A stretch of DNA of 64,000 nt from contig JBIKLF010000006.1 of the NCBI GenBank assembly GCA_044359955.1, forward strand, positions 2,494-66,493, in the 5' to 3' direction. The translations under genes were made by a program, and so were the position numbers. This stretch comes from Chthoniobacterales bacterium. Its GTDB lineage: Bacteria; Verrucomicrobiota; Verrucomicrobiia; Chthoniobacterales; JACTMZ01. This document shows, piece after piece, positions 1 through 8,759 of the stretch (positions are counted from its first letter, which is position 1; each line of letters begins with the position of its first letter). A model generated the notes under the pieces. That model was not told where the DNA came from and made no database searches. It worked only from the letters and a program-made list of their open reading frames with translations.

Positions 1-137
1 GAAGACGGAACCAAACTGGCCGATTGCCGGCAAACCCTCGCTCTCATCCGCATGCCCGGAGCCAAAGCAGAGCGCTTGCCGGCGGAGTGGTTTCAATAGG
101 CGGGCAGGCCGGACCACACCGGCCGGCTGGGGGACCC

Positions 138-665
138 TCATTGCTCCGACAAGTTTCTCTCCAACTCGCGCACCTGAAGGTAGCGCTGGTCAATCACCGC
201 CCGCAGCTTCCTGCTCGCCCCCTCCCAAGACAAGGCGATGCCATTTTCAAAGAAGGCCAGCCGCTCAAGACGGTGCGTCTCGGGATCGGTCGCCAGCGGG
301 GAAGGACTCGACTTGGCACGGGTATCGTTGATCCGGCCGATGTGCCGGTTTCGCTCCTCACCGGCACGCAGCAAGTCGTCGCACAAGAGTGCGGCCGTCT
401 CGTAGAGGCGACTTTCATCCTGGGCAGCATCGCGCTGCCTGTCACGGATGCCTTCCCGCAGGAAGCGAAGCTGTTGATTTTGCGCCGGGGACGGGATCTG
501 GCCCTGCATCTCAAAGGGAAGAGGTCCGAGAATTTCGTCCACGTGCGCATCGATAAATTGCGACAAGCGGGCAACCGGACTCGCCTCGGGTGCCGGGGCG
601 AAAAAATATCCCCAACCAAAATAGGCTCCTGCGGCAAGAATGGCCACCACGAGAATTTTTTTCAT
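138..665 (-). CDS. hypothetical protein with N-terminal signal/anchor helix
   Basis: 175-aa ORF. Hydrophobic N-terminus MKKILVVAILAAGAYFGWGYFF. Balanced composition, unlike the Arg/Pro/Gly-rich antisense ORF 24..1382. Confidence 0.6.
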   Translation of the reverse strand: MKKILVVAILAAGAYFGWGYFFAPAPEASPVARLSQFIDAHVDEILGPLPFEMQGQIPSPAQNQQLRFLREGIRDRQRDAAQDESRLYETAALLCDDLLRAGEERNRHIGRINDTRAKSSPSPLATDPETHRLERLAFFENGIALSWEGASRKLRAVIDQRYLQVRELERNLSEQ

Positions 666-734
666 CTGACCGACCTTGCCAACCTCGCCAGCGCGACAAA
701 AGGCATTTTCGCCCGCGGCGCAAAAGCCCGCCTC

Positions 735-1316
735 CTAAGCCCCGGCCCGCAACGACCGCACCACGGCCCCGAGGGCCAAGGTCAGCTTCTCCCGCACCCC
801 GGGCGCAAAGCCGCGCTTTTCGTGCAGGATGAGGAGTTGCAAGGCGTCGCAGCGCAGCAGGCTGGCGTTGCCCACTTCGAGATGCAGGGTGATGCCCCGC
901 GGCTCACCCCAACCGGCCCCGCCGGCCTCGGCCGCGCGGTCCATCGCGCCGGAAGCGGCCTCGAGCAGCTCCGGCTGCTTGAGATCGAGCGGCATGCTCC
1001 AGGCGGAGAGAACCTCGCGGCGGCGCGACAAGAGACAGCCTTCGATCCCCGGCAAATCGCAACACAACCGCGGCACATCGGCTGGAGTGATCTTTTCCTC
1101 GGTGTGGAAAATTTCCTGCAAAACTTTGTCCGAGCGCAGCCCGATCGTGCTCCACGCCCGGTCAGCCCGCTCCAAGCGCGGCAAGCCGGAGAGCACCCGT
1201 TCGCGGAGGCCGCCGGGCAAGACCATCTGGTCAGCACCGCCGGGCCAAACCTCCGACTCCCACAGAATATGCAGCGGATGCTTTCCCTTCGGTTGCAGAG
1301 CCAAGGCTTTGGTCAC
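735..1316 (-). CDS. hypothetical protein
   Basis: 193-aa ORF in the same orientation as 138..665, 69 bp upstream of it. No family motif recognised. Start codon uncertain. Confidence 0.5.
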   Translation of the reverse strand: MTKALALQPKGKHPLHILWESEVWPGGADQMVLPGGLRERVLSGLPRLERADRAWSTIGLRSDKVLQEIFHTEEKITPADVPRLCCDLPGIEGCLLSRRREVLSAWSMPLDLKQPELLEAASGAMDRAAEAGGAGWGEPRGITLHLEVGNASLLRCDALQLLILHEKRGFAPGVREKLTLALGAVVRSLRAGA

Positions 1317-1378
1317 GGCCCCAGAAGAACTGGTCCGCTTTCCCTTTGCAATCCGGCGCTGCGGGTTAAATTCAAAGC

Positions 1379-1552
1379 ATGACCCGTTTTATCCTCCCCA
1401 TCCTGATCGGCGCGGCGATCGGCTCCGCGCTGGGTTATTTCGGTCAATGCACCTCCGGCACCTGTCCGCTCACCGCCACATGGTGGCGCGGAGCCCTCTT
1501 CGGGGCCCTCTTCGGCGTCCTCGTCGCCTGGCCTTCCTCCACGCCGTCATGA
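1379..1552 (+). CDS. small two-helix membrane protein, DUF6132-like
   Basis: 57 aa (MTRFILPILIGAAIGSALGYFGQCTSGTCPLTATWWRGALFGALFGVLVAW). Two hydrophobic helices flank a GQCxSGxCP motif, which I recall as typical of DUF6132. Its stop overlaps the next ATG (ATGA). Confidence 0.55.
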   Translation: MTRFILPILIGAAIGSALGYFGQCTSGTCPLTATWWRGALFGALFGVLVAWPSSTPS

Positions 1553-1833
1553 AGACCGTCACCATCACCGAAGCCAAAAAACACCTCGGGGCCTACCTCA
1601 AGGAGTCCGTGGCCGGAGACAATATCGGCATCATTTGCGGCAACCGTATTGTCGCCCTGCGCCCCGTCACCGTGACCTCGGTCGACTTCGAGGAGGCCGG
1701 CGATCCGGAGGTCGTGTCCAAACTCAGTGCCGAGCAACGCGACCACCTCTACACGCAATTGAAAAAAGAGCGCAAAGAAGCCAAGCGGCGGCGGAAGGAA
1801 CTCCTCTCCGGCCCAAAACCGCGCCCGGCCTGA
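1549..1833 (+). CDS. Phd/YefM-type antitoxin-like protein (orphan, no adjacent toxin)
   Basis: The N-terminus MKTVTITEAKKHLGAYLKESVAGDNIGIICGNRIVALRPV resembles the Phd/YefM fold. The C-terminus is a basic helix. It lies in the frame of track ORF 829..1833. Confidence 0.6.
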   Translation: MKTVTITEAKKHLGAYLKESVAGDNIGIICGNRIVALRPVTVTSVDFEEAGDPEVVSKLSAEQRDHLYTQLKKERKEAKRRRKELLSGPKPRPA

Positions 1834-1876
1834 CTCCCCGCGCCTCTCTGGCGTTCCCCCGCAAGCCGCACCGAAC

Positions 1877-1960
1877 AAAAGCGGCGTCAAGCCGCCGCAC
1901 TCCAAAGCCCCCCATCCCACCCCCCGCCCTTTTGGAGTGCGGTGGCCAAGCCACCGCTTT
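1877..1960. repeat. REP family B doublet (AAAAGCGGCGTCAAGCCGCCGCACTCCAAA ... TTTGGAGTGCGGTGGCCAAGCCACCGCTTT)
   Basis: Two inverted copies of the same ~30-nt hairpin unit that flanks the RAYT gene at 56.4-57.2 kb. Confidence 0.85.
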
Positions 1961-1997
1961 CCCCCGGCGCTTGACCCCCTTTCGCTCCCCCCTGATA

Positions 1998-2013
1998 CTG
2001 GACAGATGTCCAG
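1998..2013 (+). promoter_or_regulatory. perfect 16-bp palindrome CTGGACAGATGTCCAG overlapping the lexA start codon (candidate LexA operator)
   Basis: CTGGACA/TGTCCAG arms with a 2-nt spacer, which also reads as TGGAC-N4-GTCCA. The ATG at 2006 lies inside it. Confidence 0.45.
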
Positions 2014-2644
2014 CAAACCCACCAAGCGCCAAGAGCAAGTCCTGGACTACGTCCGCCGCCACCGCGTGCAGCAGGGATTGCCGCCCACGGTGCGCGAAAT
2101 CCAGAAACATTTCGGGTTCGCCAGCCCGAATGCCGCCGCCTCGCACCTCCGCGCCCTCGAGCGCAAAAAATTGCTGCACCGCCATCCCGGGGGGACGGCC
2201 CGCACCTTGCGCGTGACCGGCGACCACGGCAAAGAAGTCGCCGCCATCCCGATCTACGGAGACATCCCGGCCGGCTTTGCCGACACACGCGAGCAACGGC
2301 CCGATGGTTGCATCTATGCCGACCTCGACTCCCTCGATATCCGCCGCACCGCCCGCACCTTCGCCGTGCGCGTGCGCGGCGATTCCATGACCGGCGCCCA
2401 CATCCTCGACGGCGACCTCGTCGTGCTCGAACTACGCGAACCGAACCACGGCAACATCGTCGCCGCCCTCATCGATGGCGAAACCACCCTCAAGCGCTAC
2501 CTCGTCAAAAACCGCCGCCCCTTCCTGCGCGCGGAAAATCTCCAGTATCCGGACCTTATTCCCGCCCATGAACTCGTCATCCAAGGCGTGATGATCGCCC
2601 TCTTCCGCAAACCGAAGGACGCCGGGCGACCGATCGAGCCATAG
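2006..2644 (+). CDS. lexA: LexA repressor (S24 peptidase)
   Basis: N-terminal winged HTH (KRQEQVLDYVRRHRVQQGLPPTVREIQKHFGFASPNAAASHLRALERKKLL). AIPIYGDIPAG cleavage region. GDSMTGAHILDGD catalytic Ser and TLKRY Lys motifs. Confidence 0.92.
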   Translation: MSSKPTKRQEQVLDYVRRHRVQQGLPPTVREIQKHFGFASPNAAASHLRALERKKLLHRHPGGTARTLRVTGDHGKEVAAIPIYGDIPAGFADTREQRPDGCIYADLDSLDIRRTARTFAVRVRGDSMTGAHILDGDLVVLELREPNHGNIVAALIDGETTLKRYLVKNRRPFLRAENLQYPDLIPAHELVIQGVMIALFRKPKDAGRPIEP

Positions 2645-2709
2645 GTAGGGGCCCGCGGCCCGCGGGCCCGGCTCTTATGACACGGACGAGCGAGCCGCTC
2701 GTCCCTACC
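2644..2709. repeat. family A hairpin repeat (GGTAGGG...GGACGAGCGAGCCGCTCGTCCCTACC)
   Basis: Outer GGTAGGG/CCCTACC arms and an internal GACGAGCG/CGCTCGTC hairpin. It abuts the lexA TAG stop. Confidence 0.8.
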
Positions 2710-2762
2710 ATTCTATTCCCGTCGCGGCGCCGGTCCTTTCACGCCCGCCCCCCAAAAAACAA

Positions 2763-2791
2763 CGCCGCCGGGTATCATCAACCCGGCGGCG
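2763..2791. terminator. bidirectional intrinsic terminator between convergent lexA and glnN
   Basis: Perfect 11-bp stem CGCCGCCGGGT/ACCCGGCGGCG with a 7-nt loop. A-run on the upstream side and a TTGTTTTG run on the downstream side. Confidence 0.65.
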
Positions 2792-2821
2792 CGCTTGTTT
2801 TGAGTTTGGCTAAACTTTTTC

Positions 2822-4975
2822 TTACTTGATGAAGAGCATCTCCTGGTAAGTCGGCAGCGGCCAGACGTCGTCCGGCAGGCAACCCTCCAGTTCATCGACC
2901 GTGGTGCGGACTTTCATCATGGCCGGGAGAACCTTGAAGGTCCAATCGCCGACCTCGTGCGCCTTGTCGTGCACGGCGTGCAACATGGCCAGATCGCTCT
3001 CCATCTGCGAAACGAGGGCCGCCACCTTCTCCAGCGTCGCGGTGCTGGTCGCGACTCCCGCCGCCTTCATCTTGGCCACCCCCTCGGCGAGGCTGGCCGC
3101 ATAAGCCGCGGCGACCGGGAAGATTTTGGTCTGGGCGATTTCGGCAACCAGCTTGGCCTCGACGTTGACCACCTTCTCGTATTGCTCGCAAAGGATGGCA
3201 TAGCGGCTGTTCAGTTCGGTTTCGGAAAGAACGCCGTATTTCTCGAAGACCTCGACCACCTCCGGGGCGGTCAGCGCAGGGAGCGCATCGGCCGAAGTTT
3301 TGAGATTGGGCAACCCCCGCTCCGCCGCCTCGGCATGCCACTCTTCGGAGTAACCATTGCCGTTGAAGATGACGCGTCCGTGCTGGTCCATGACCTCTTT
3401 GAGCGCGGCTTGGATCGCTTTGTTCAGGTCAGCGGCACCCTCGAGCTTCGAGGCCATCCACTCGAGCGAGTCGGCCACGATGGTGTTCATCGCGATGAGC
3501 GAGCCGGAAATGGACATGTTCGAACCGACCGCCCGGAACTCGAAGCGGTTGCCGGTGAAGGCGAACGGCGAGGTGCGGTTGCGGTCGCCGGCGTCCTTCG
3601 GCAATTCGGGCAGGACATCGACGCCGATTTGCAACGTGCCGCGCTGCTTGGACGTCGTCGCCCCGCCGGCCTTGATTTGTTCGAAGACATCGGCCAGTTG
3701 GTCGCCGAGATACACGGAAATGATGGCCGGAGGCGCTTCGTTCGCTCCGAGGCGATGGTCGTTGCCGGCCGAGGCGATGCTCGCGCGGAGGAGCGGGGCA
3801 AACTTGTCCACCGCGCGGATAACCGCGCCGGCGAAAACCAGGAACTGCGCATTTTCATGCGGTGTGTCGCCCGGGTCGAGCAGGTTGCCTTGCGTGGCAT
3901 TGCCCAACGACCAGTTGACGTGTTTGCCCGATCCATTGATCCCGGCGAAGGGCTTCTCGTGCATCAGGCAAGCCAGACCGTGTTTGTCCGCGGTCTTTTT
4001 CAGCACGGTCATGACCAGCTGCTGGTGGTCGGCGGCAATGTTGGCCGACTCAAAAAGCGGCGCAATCTCGAACTGCCCGGGTGCGACCTCGTTGTGGCGG
4101 GTCTTGGACGGGATGCCGAGTTTGAAAAGTTCGCGGTCGACTTCATACATGAAGGCCATGACCCGATCCGGGATAAGACCGAAATAGTGGTCCTCGAATT
4201 CCTGTCCCTTCGGCGAAGGGGCACCGAAGAGCGAGCGGCCGGCCGAAAGCAGGTCGGGGCGCGCGTAGTAGAACATCTTGTCGACCAGGAAATATTCCTG
4301 CTCGGGTCCAGCGGTGGCGGCGACGCGGGCAATGTCTTGGTGACCGAAGAGCTTGAGGATACGGCGCGCCTGTTTGTCCAGAACCTGCATCGACTTGAGC
4401 AGCGGCGTCTTGGTGTCGAGCGACTCACCGGTCCAAGAGACAAACGACGTCGGAATGCAGAGCGTCGTGCCGTTGGCATTCTCCATGAGAAACGCCGGAC
4501 TGGTCACATCCCATGCGGTGTAACCGCGCGCCGAGTGCGTGGCGCGTATGCCACCGGAGGGGAAGGATGAGGCATCGGGCTCGCCCTGGATGAGGGTCTT
4601 GCCTTTGAACTTTGAAATGCTCGTACGGCCGTCCGCGCCCGGATCGTAAAAGGAATCGTGCTTCTCGGCCGAGGAGCCGGTCAGCGGATAAAAAACGTGG
4701 GCAAAGTGCGTGGCTCCGCGGCTGACGGCCCAATTCATCATCGCCTCGGCGACTTCATCCGCCACGCCCTCGGGCAGTTTGGCCCCGTTTTGCACCGTCT
4801 CGACCACCGCTTGGTAAGTGGCCGGCTTGAGGGTTTCCTTCATCACGCCAAGGTTGAAGGTGTTGGCTCCGAAGACCGTTTCGGGAGATTCCTCCACGAA
4901 ATTGACGGAAGCGTCCTGCGATTTACGGGAGGCGATAGCGGCAATGGCCGCGGCACGGGATGTCATGTTGCTCAT
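2822..4975 (-). CDS. glnN: glutamine synthetase type III
   Basis: 717 aa. The length and N-terminal domain ([21 protein letters not shown]) plus the catalytic region ([31 protein letters not shown]) are typical of GSIII. Confidence 0.93.
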   Translation of the reverse strand: MSNMTSRAAAIAAIASRKSQDASVNFVEESPETVFGANTFNLGVMKETLKPATYQAVVETVQNGAKLPEGVADEVAEAMMNWAVSRGATHFAHVFYPLTGSSAEKHDSFYDPGADGRTSISKFKGKTLIQGEPDASSFPSGGIRATHSARGYTAWDVTSPAFLMENANGTTLCIPTSFVSWTGESLDTKTPLLKSMQVLDKQARRILKLFGHQDIARVAATAGPEQEYFLVDKMFYYARPDLLSAGRSLFGAPSPKGQEFEDHYFGLIPDRVMAFMYEVDRELFKLGIPSKTRHNEVAPGQFEIAPLFESANIAADHQQLVMTVLKKTADKHGLACLMHEKPFAGINGSGKHVNWSLGNATQGNLLDPGDTPHENAQFLVFAGAVIRAVDKFAPLLRASIASAGNDHRLGANEAPPAIISVYLGDQLADVFEQIKAGGATTSKQRGTLQIGVDVLPELPKDAGDRNRTSPFAFTGNRFEFRAVGSNMSISGSLIAMNTIVADSLEWMASKLEGAADLNKAIQAALKEVMDQHGRVIFNGNGYSEEWHAEAAERGLPNLKTSADALPALTAPEVVEVFEKYGVLSETELNSRYAILCEQYEKVVNVEAKLVAEIAQTKIFPVAAAYAASLAEGVAKMKAAGVATSTATLEKVAALVSQMESDLAMLHAVHDKAHEVGDWTFKVLPAMMKVRTTVDELEGCLPDDVWPLPTYQEMLFIK

Positions 4976-5063
4976 AGTATGATGGATTCTTTGGTTAGAG
5001 GACTGAAAAGACTTCCAGCATCAGCCCCGAGGCCAAAGCAGAAAGTCGCTGGAGGGACTGTGA

Positions 5064-5079
5064 AGCACGAAGCGTGCCA
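5064..5079 (-). promoter_or_regulatory. candidate sigma54 (-24/-12) promoter upstream of glnN
   Basis: The minus strand reads TTGGCACGCTTCGTGCTT, i.e. TGGCACG-N4-GTGCT versus the consensus TGGCACG-N4-TTGCW, with correct GG/GC spacing. It lies about 90 nt upstream of the glnN ATG. Confidence 0.45.
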
Positions 5080-5179
5080 AAACCATGGGCAAAAGAGGCC
5101 CCCCGCGTAGGATGCTGCCTGCTCGGCACCTCGCACGATTTTTTGGGGTCGGGTCATGGCGATTTTTGACCAACGAAAA

Positions 5180-6148
5180 CTACCGGACCCTGGTGGCCCG
5201 CGGCGCTCCGTCCGACCAAACCCGCGGAAAAACCGGCCGACGCCAGGCCGCGACCAAAAACCCCACACCGATGAGGAGCAGAAAAATGGAAAGAAATTGC
5301 CCCCTGGTCAGCAACCCCACATACCCCGCATCCGGAAAGCGGAAACTCTCGGCCAAGCTCCGCGTCAGGGCATAGCCCACGAAAAACAACCCCGTAATCA
5401 CCCCGTTAGGCACCCGCACCTTGGTCCGCACCATCCACAACAGCACAAAAAGCAACAATCCCTCGAGCAGTGCCTCGTAAATTTGCGACGGATGCCGCGG
5501 CGCGAGAAATGGCCCCAGCAGCACCGCCACCTCCGCCGACCCCGGCACCGAAGCCACCACCTCCTCCAACCCGACCGGGGCCGCGAACATTTCCTGCGCC
5601 GCGGCCAGCACCTCGCGCTGTGTTTCCACCGGCGCCTCGTAAAGTTCCTTGGGGAATTTCACCGCCCACGCCATCTCGGACGGTCGCCCGTAAAGCTCTC
5701 CGTTGACGAAATTGGCCAACCTCCCGAAGAAAATTCCCAGGGCCGCCCCGATGACCAGATTGTCTCCCAACCCCGGCCAGTTCACCTGATGCCGCCAGGC
5801 ATACCACAACGTGTAGACCGCCACCCCGAGGATGCCCCCGTGGGCCGACATCCCGCCCTCCCAGACCCGGAAAAACATCAGCGGATCCCGCAAGAAAGCG
5901 TCGAAATCGTAAAACAAAATATACCCCAAGCGCCCCCCGATCAGCACCCCGAACACGGCGCAACCCGTGATAAAATCGGCAACCTTGTCGGCCGGGATGA
6001 CCGCAAATCCGCGCTGGGCCAAATAGCGGTAGAGGAAAAAGGACGCGGCAAAGGCCGCCAAGTAAGCCAACCCATACCACCGGACCCCCAACCCGCCGCC
6101 GAATTGCACCGCAAACGGATCCAAATTATGCACCCAATAAGCGATCAT
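5180..6148 (-). CDS. lgt: prolipoprotein diacylglyceryl transferase
   Basis: 322 aa, polytopic. Motifs YGLAYLAAF, GGRLGYILFY, WEGGMSAHGG and FGRLANFVNGELYGR match Lgt signature blocks. Confidence 0.9.
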   Translation of the reverse strand: MIAYWVHNLDPFAVQFGGGLGVRWYGLAYLAAFAASFFLYRYLAQRGFAVIPADKVADFITGCAVFGVLIGGRLGYILFYDFDAFLRDPLMFFRVWEGGMSAHGGILGVAVYTLWYAWRHQVNWPGLGDNLVIGAALGIFFGRLANFVNGELYGRPSEMAWAVKFPKELYEAPVETQREVLAAAQEMFAAPVGLEEVVASVPGSAEVAVLLGPFLAPRHPSQIYEALLEGLLLFVLLWMVRTKVRVPNGVITGLFFVGYALTRSLAESFRFPDAGYVGLLTRGQFLSIFLLLIGVGFLVAAWRRPVFPRVWSDGAPRATRVR

Positions 6149-6256
6149 GGGCCGGGGGCCAGTTGAGAGTTGCCAGTTGAGGGTTGAGAGACCGGAAAAA
6201 CCGGCTCTGTCGGGGTGACTTTTCTCTCAACTCTCATCCCTCAACCCTCAACCGGT

Positions 6257-6829
6257 TCAACTCTGCGGCACCTTGCGAAACCGCGCCGGATCATACCCCT
6301 GCCCGGCCAGCGTTTTCATCACCGCCGCGTAGTCCGCCTCGCTCATCCGCTTGTCGCGCGCCATGATCCAACCGTAGTCGCGGGAAGGATGCCCGACGGC
6401 CATAAAGCGGTAATCCGGATCAAGGTAGAGCACGTAATAGGGCAAGGCGATCGGCCAGAGGAATTGCACCCGCCATTCGGCATTGGATTTTTTGTCCACC
6501 ACCCAGGCGACGCCGTTCATCACCTTTTCCGGGCCATCGAACCCGCCCTTACGATAGCTGAAAATATTGTCCATCTTGCCGTCCGCCCGCATGCGGTAGG
6601 TGTCCTTCGAATCATAGGTGTCGCGTTCCAACCAATACGGAATATGCGCGATGACCCACCAGTCGCCCATGAACCGCGGCAGATCGACATAGTCAACCGC
6701 CTTGAACGGCGGCTTCGCCGCACAACCACCAAACAAAACCATTCCACCAACCAGCAGCAGCCAAAAAGAAAGACGATCCATAAATCGAGCAAACCACCCC
6801 TTGCCACGCGAGTCAAACCCGCCACTCAT
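6257..6829 (-). CDS. blc: lipocalin-family outer-membrane lipoprotein (Blc-like)
   Basis: Lipobox LFGGC. The lipocalin motif DLPRFMGDWWVIAHIP is equivalent to the GxWYEIA motif. The true start may be the internal Met at 6781 (MDRLSFWLLL). Confidence 0.8.
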   Translation of the reverse strand: MSGGFDSRGKGWFARFMDRLSFWLLLVGGMVLFGGCAAKPPFKAVDYVDLPRFMGDWWVIAHIPYWLERDTYDSKDTYRMRADGKMDNIFSYRKGGFDGPEKVMNGVAWVVDKKSNAEWRVQFLWPIALPYYVLYLDPDYRFMAVGHPSRDYGWIMARDKRMSEADYAAVMKTLAGQGYDPARFRKVPQS

Positions 6830-6961
6830 CTCTCGTCACCCGCCACACATCACTCGTCACTCGCCACACGTGACTCGTCACTTCTTCACACTTCCTCCTT
6901 TCCCCGCGCACCCGATGCCGTCATGCTACCCGTTAATCTCCACGGCATTCACCAACGACCC

Positions 6962-8626
6962 ATGAGCGCGAACGGCAGCAACGGCACCACCATGATCAAC
7001 GTCCAGATTGACGGTGCCTGGCGCCAGTTCCCCAAGGGCACCAAACTGATCGAAGCCTGCCTGCAGAGCGGCAGCTTCGTCCCGCACTACTGCTACCATC
7101 CGGCTTTGAGCACGCCCGGCAACTGCCGGATGTGCCTGCTTGAAATCGGCGGTCCGAAAATGGACGCCAACCGGCAAACGGTTCTTGGCGCTGACGGACG
7201 GCCCGAAATCTCCTGGTCGCCGAAGCCGCAAATTTCCTGCGCCCTCGAGGTGACCGAAGGCATGGCCGCCCGCACCAATTCCCCGCTGGTCGAGGATTGC
7301 CGCAAGGGGGTCATGGAATTCCTCCTCATCAACCATCCGCTCGACTGCCCGATTTGCGACAAGGCCGGCGAATGCCGCCTCCAGGAATTCGCCGTGGAAT
7401 TCGGCCATGGCGGATCGAACTTCCTCGAGGAAAAAGTCAAAAAGCCCAAGCGACAGGACATCGGCCAACACATCGTCCTCGACGACGAACGTTGCATCCT
7501 TTGCTCGCGCTGCGTCCGCTTCATGCAGGAAGTGGCGCACGACGACGTCCTCGGCTTCGTCGATCGCGGCAGCCACACCACGCTGACCGTCCACGAAGGT
7601 CAGCGCCTCGACAGCAATTACTCGCTCAATACGGTGGACATCTGCCCGGTCGGCGCCCTGACCAGCAAAGACTTCCGCTTCAAGATGCGCGTCTGGTTCC
7701 TGCGCGAAACGAAAAGCCTCTGCACCTCCTGCGGCACCGGTTGCAACACGATCATCGGCGGACGCGAAAACGAAATCATCCGCCAGACCCCGCGGCAGAA
7801 CGATGCGGTCAATTCTTACTGGATGTGCGACCACGGCCGCCTCAACTACGCCTACCTCTACCGCGAAGACCGTCTGGTGCAACCGCAACTCCGCGAAGAC
7901 GGCCAATTGCAGAAATCCACCTGGCCCCGCGTTATCCAGCAAGTGGCCGAAAAATTGTCCGCCGTCCCCCGCGGCGAGACCGCGCTCCTCGCCTCCGCCC
8001 GCATGACCAACGAGGAACTCTGGCTGGCCGGCAAAATCGCCCGTCACCTCGGTGTCACCTTGCACGACGTCGTGGCGCGTCCGCAAAAAGCCGATGGCAT
8101 CTTGGTCAGCGATGACGGCAACCCGAACACTCAAGGGGCACAACTCCTCGGCATCACCCCTAAACCGCCCGGCACCCGAGCCCAAGAAATCGCCACCGCG
8201 GTGCGCAGCGGAAAAATCAGAGCCCTCCTCTGTTTCGGCGAAGACCCGCGCCATCTTGGACTGACCGAATCCGAACTGGCCCACCTCGACCTCATCGTCT
8301 GCTTGGACATCCTGCCCAACACCGCGACCAAGCTGGCCACGGCCATTCTCCCCGGTGCCGGCTTTGCCGAAAAACGCGGATCCATGGTCAACGTCCATGG
8401 CCGCCTCCAACGCCTCAACCGTGCCACCAATCCTCCCGGTCAGGCCCGCGATGATTGGGAAATTCTCTCCGACCTCCTCCGCGCCCTCGGCGTCGAGGCC
8501 CCGCAGACCCTCGAAGGCGTCTTCAAGGAAATGTCCGCCGCCGTCCCCGCTTTCCACGGCCTCACCTTGGCCAAGCTGGGCGAAAGCGGCATCCCGCTCG
8601 AGACCACCGAGGCCCTCCAGAGGTAG
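6962..8626 (+). CDS. NuoG-like Fe-S / molybdopterin-family oxidoreductase subunit (stand-alone)
   Basis: 2Fe-2S region (CYHPALSTPGNCRMCLLE). HPLDCPICDKAGECRLQ, CILCSRCVRF and CPVGAL 4Fe-4S motifs. A molybdopterin-oxidoreductase-like C-terminal half. Alternative starts at 6923 and 6992. The TAG stop lies inside a family A repeat. Confidence 0.8.
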   Translation: MSANGSNGTTMINVQIDGAWRQFPKGTKLIEACLQSGSFVPHYCYHPALSTPGNCRMCLLEIGGPKMDANRQTVLGADGRPEISWSPKPQISCALEVTEGMAARTNSPLVEDCRKGVMEFLLINHPLDCPICDKAGECRLQEFAVEFGHGGSNFLEEKVKKPKRQDIGQHIVLDDERCILCSRCVRFMQEVAHDDVLGFVDRGSHTTLTVHEGQRLDSNYSLNTVDICPVGALTSKDFRFKMRVWFLRETKSLCTSCGTGCNTIIGGRENEIIRQTPRQNDAVNSYWMCDHGRLNYAYLYREDRLVQPQLREDGQLQKSTWPRVIQQVAEKLSAVPRGETALLASARMTNEELWLAGKIARHLGVTLHDVVARPQKADGILVSDDGNPNTQGAQLLGITPKPPGTRAQEIATAVRSGKIRALLCFGEDPRHLGLTESELAHLDLIVCLDILPNTATKLATAILPGAGFAEKRGSMVNVHGRLQRLNRATNPPGQARDDWEILSDLLRALGVEAPQTLEGVFKEMSAAVPAFHGLTLAKLGESGIPLETTEALQR

Positions 8627-8687
8627 GGACGCGCGGCTCGCTCGTCCATGGTCATCCCCACGGACACGCGAGCCGCGTGTCCCTCCC
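8622..8687. repeat. family A hairpin repeat
   Basis: GGTAGGGACGCGCGGCTCGCTCGTCC...GGACACGCGAGCCGCGTGTCCCTCCCC. Its TAG is the nuoG-like stop codon. Confidence 0.8.
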
Positions 8688-8759
8688 CACCGATCCTCGT
8701 CTGATGGGCCCGCAGGGAACAACCCCACGACGCCAAAATTGCCGCAAACTAAACTTTTC

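Noticed and set aside
24-1382. 452-aa plus-strand ORF, the longest ORF at the left edge
   Set aside because: It is antisense to two better ORFs (138..665 and 735..1316). It is Arg/Pro/Gly/Ala-rich with no recognisable motif, a typical shadow ORF of high-GC DNA.
6926-8728. 600-aa minus-strand ORF
   Set aside because: It is antisense to the nuoG-like gene, which carries clear Fe-S cysteine motifs.
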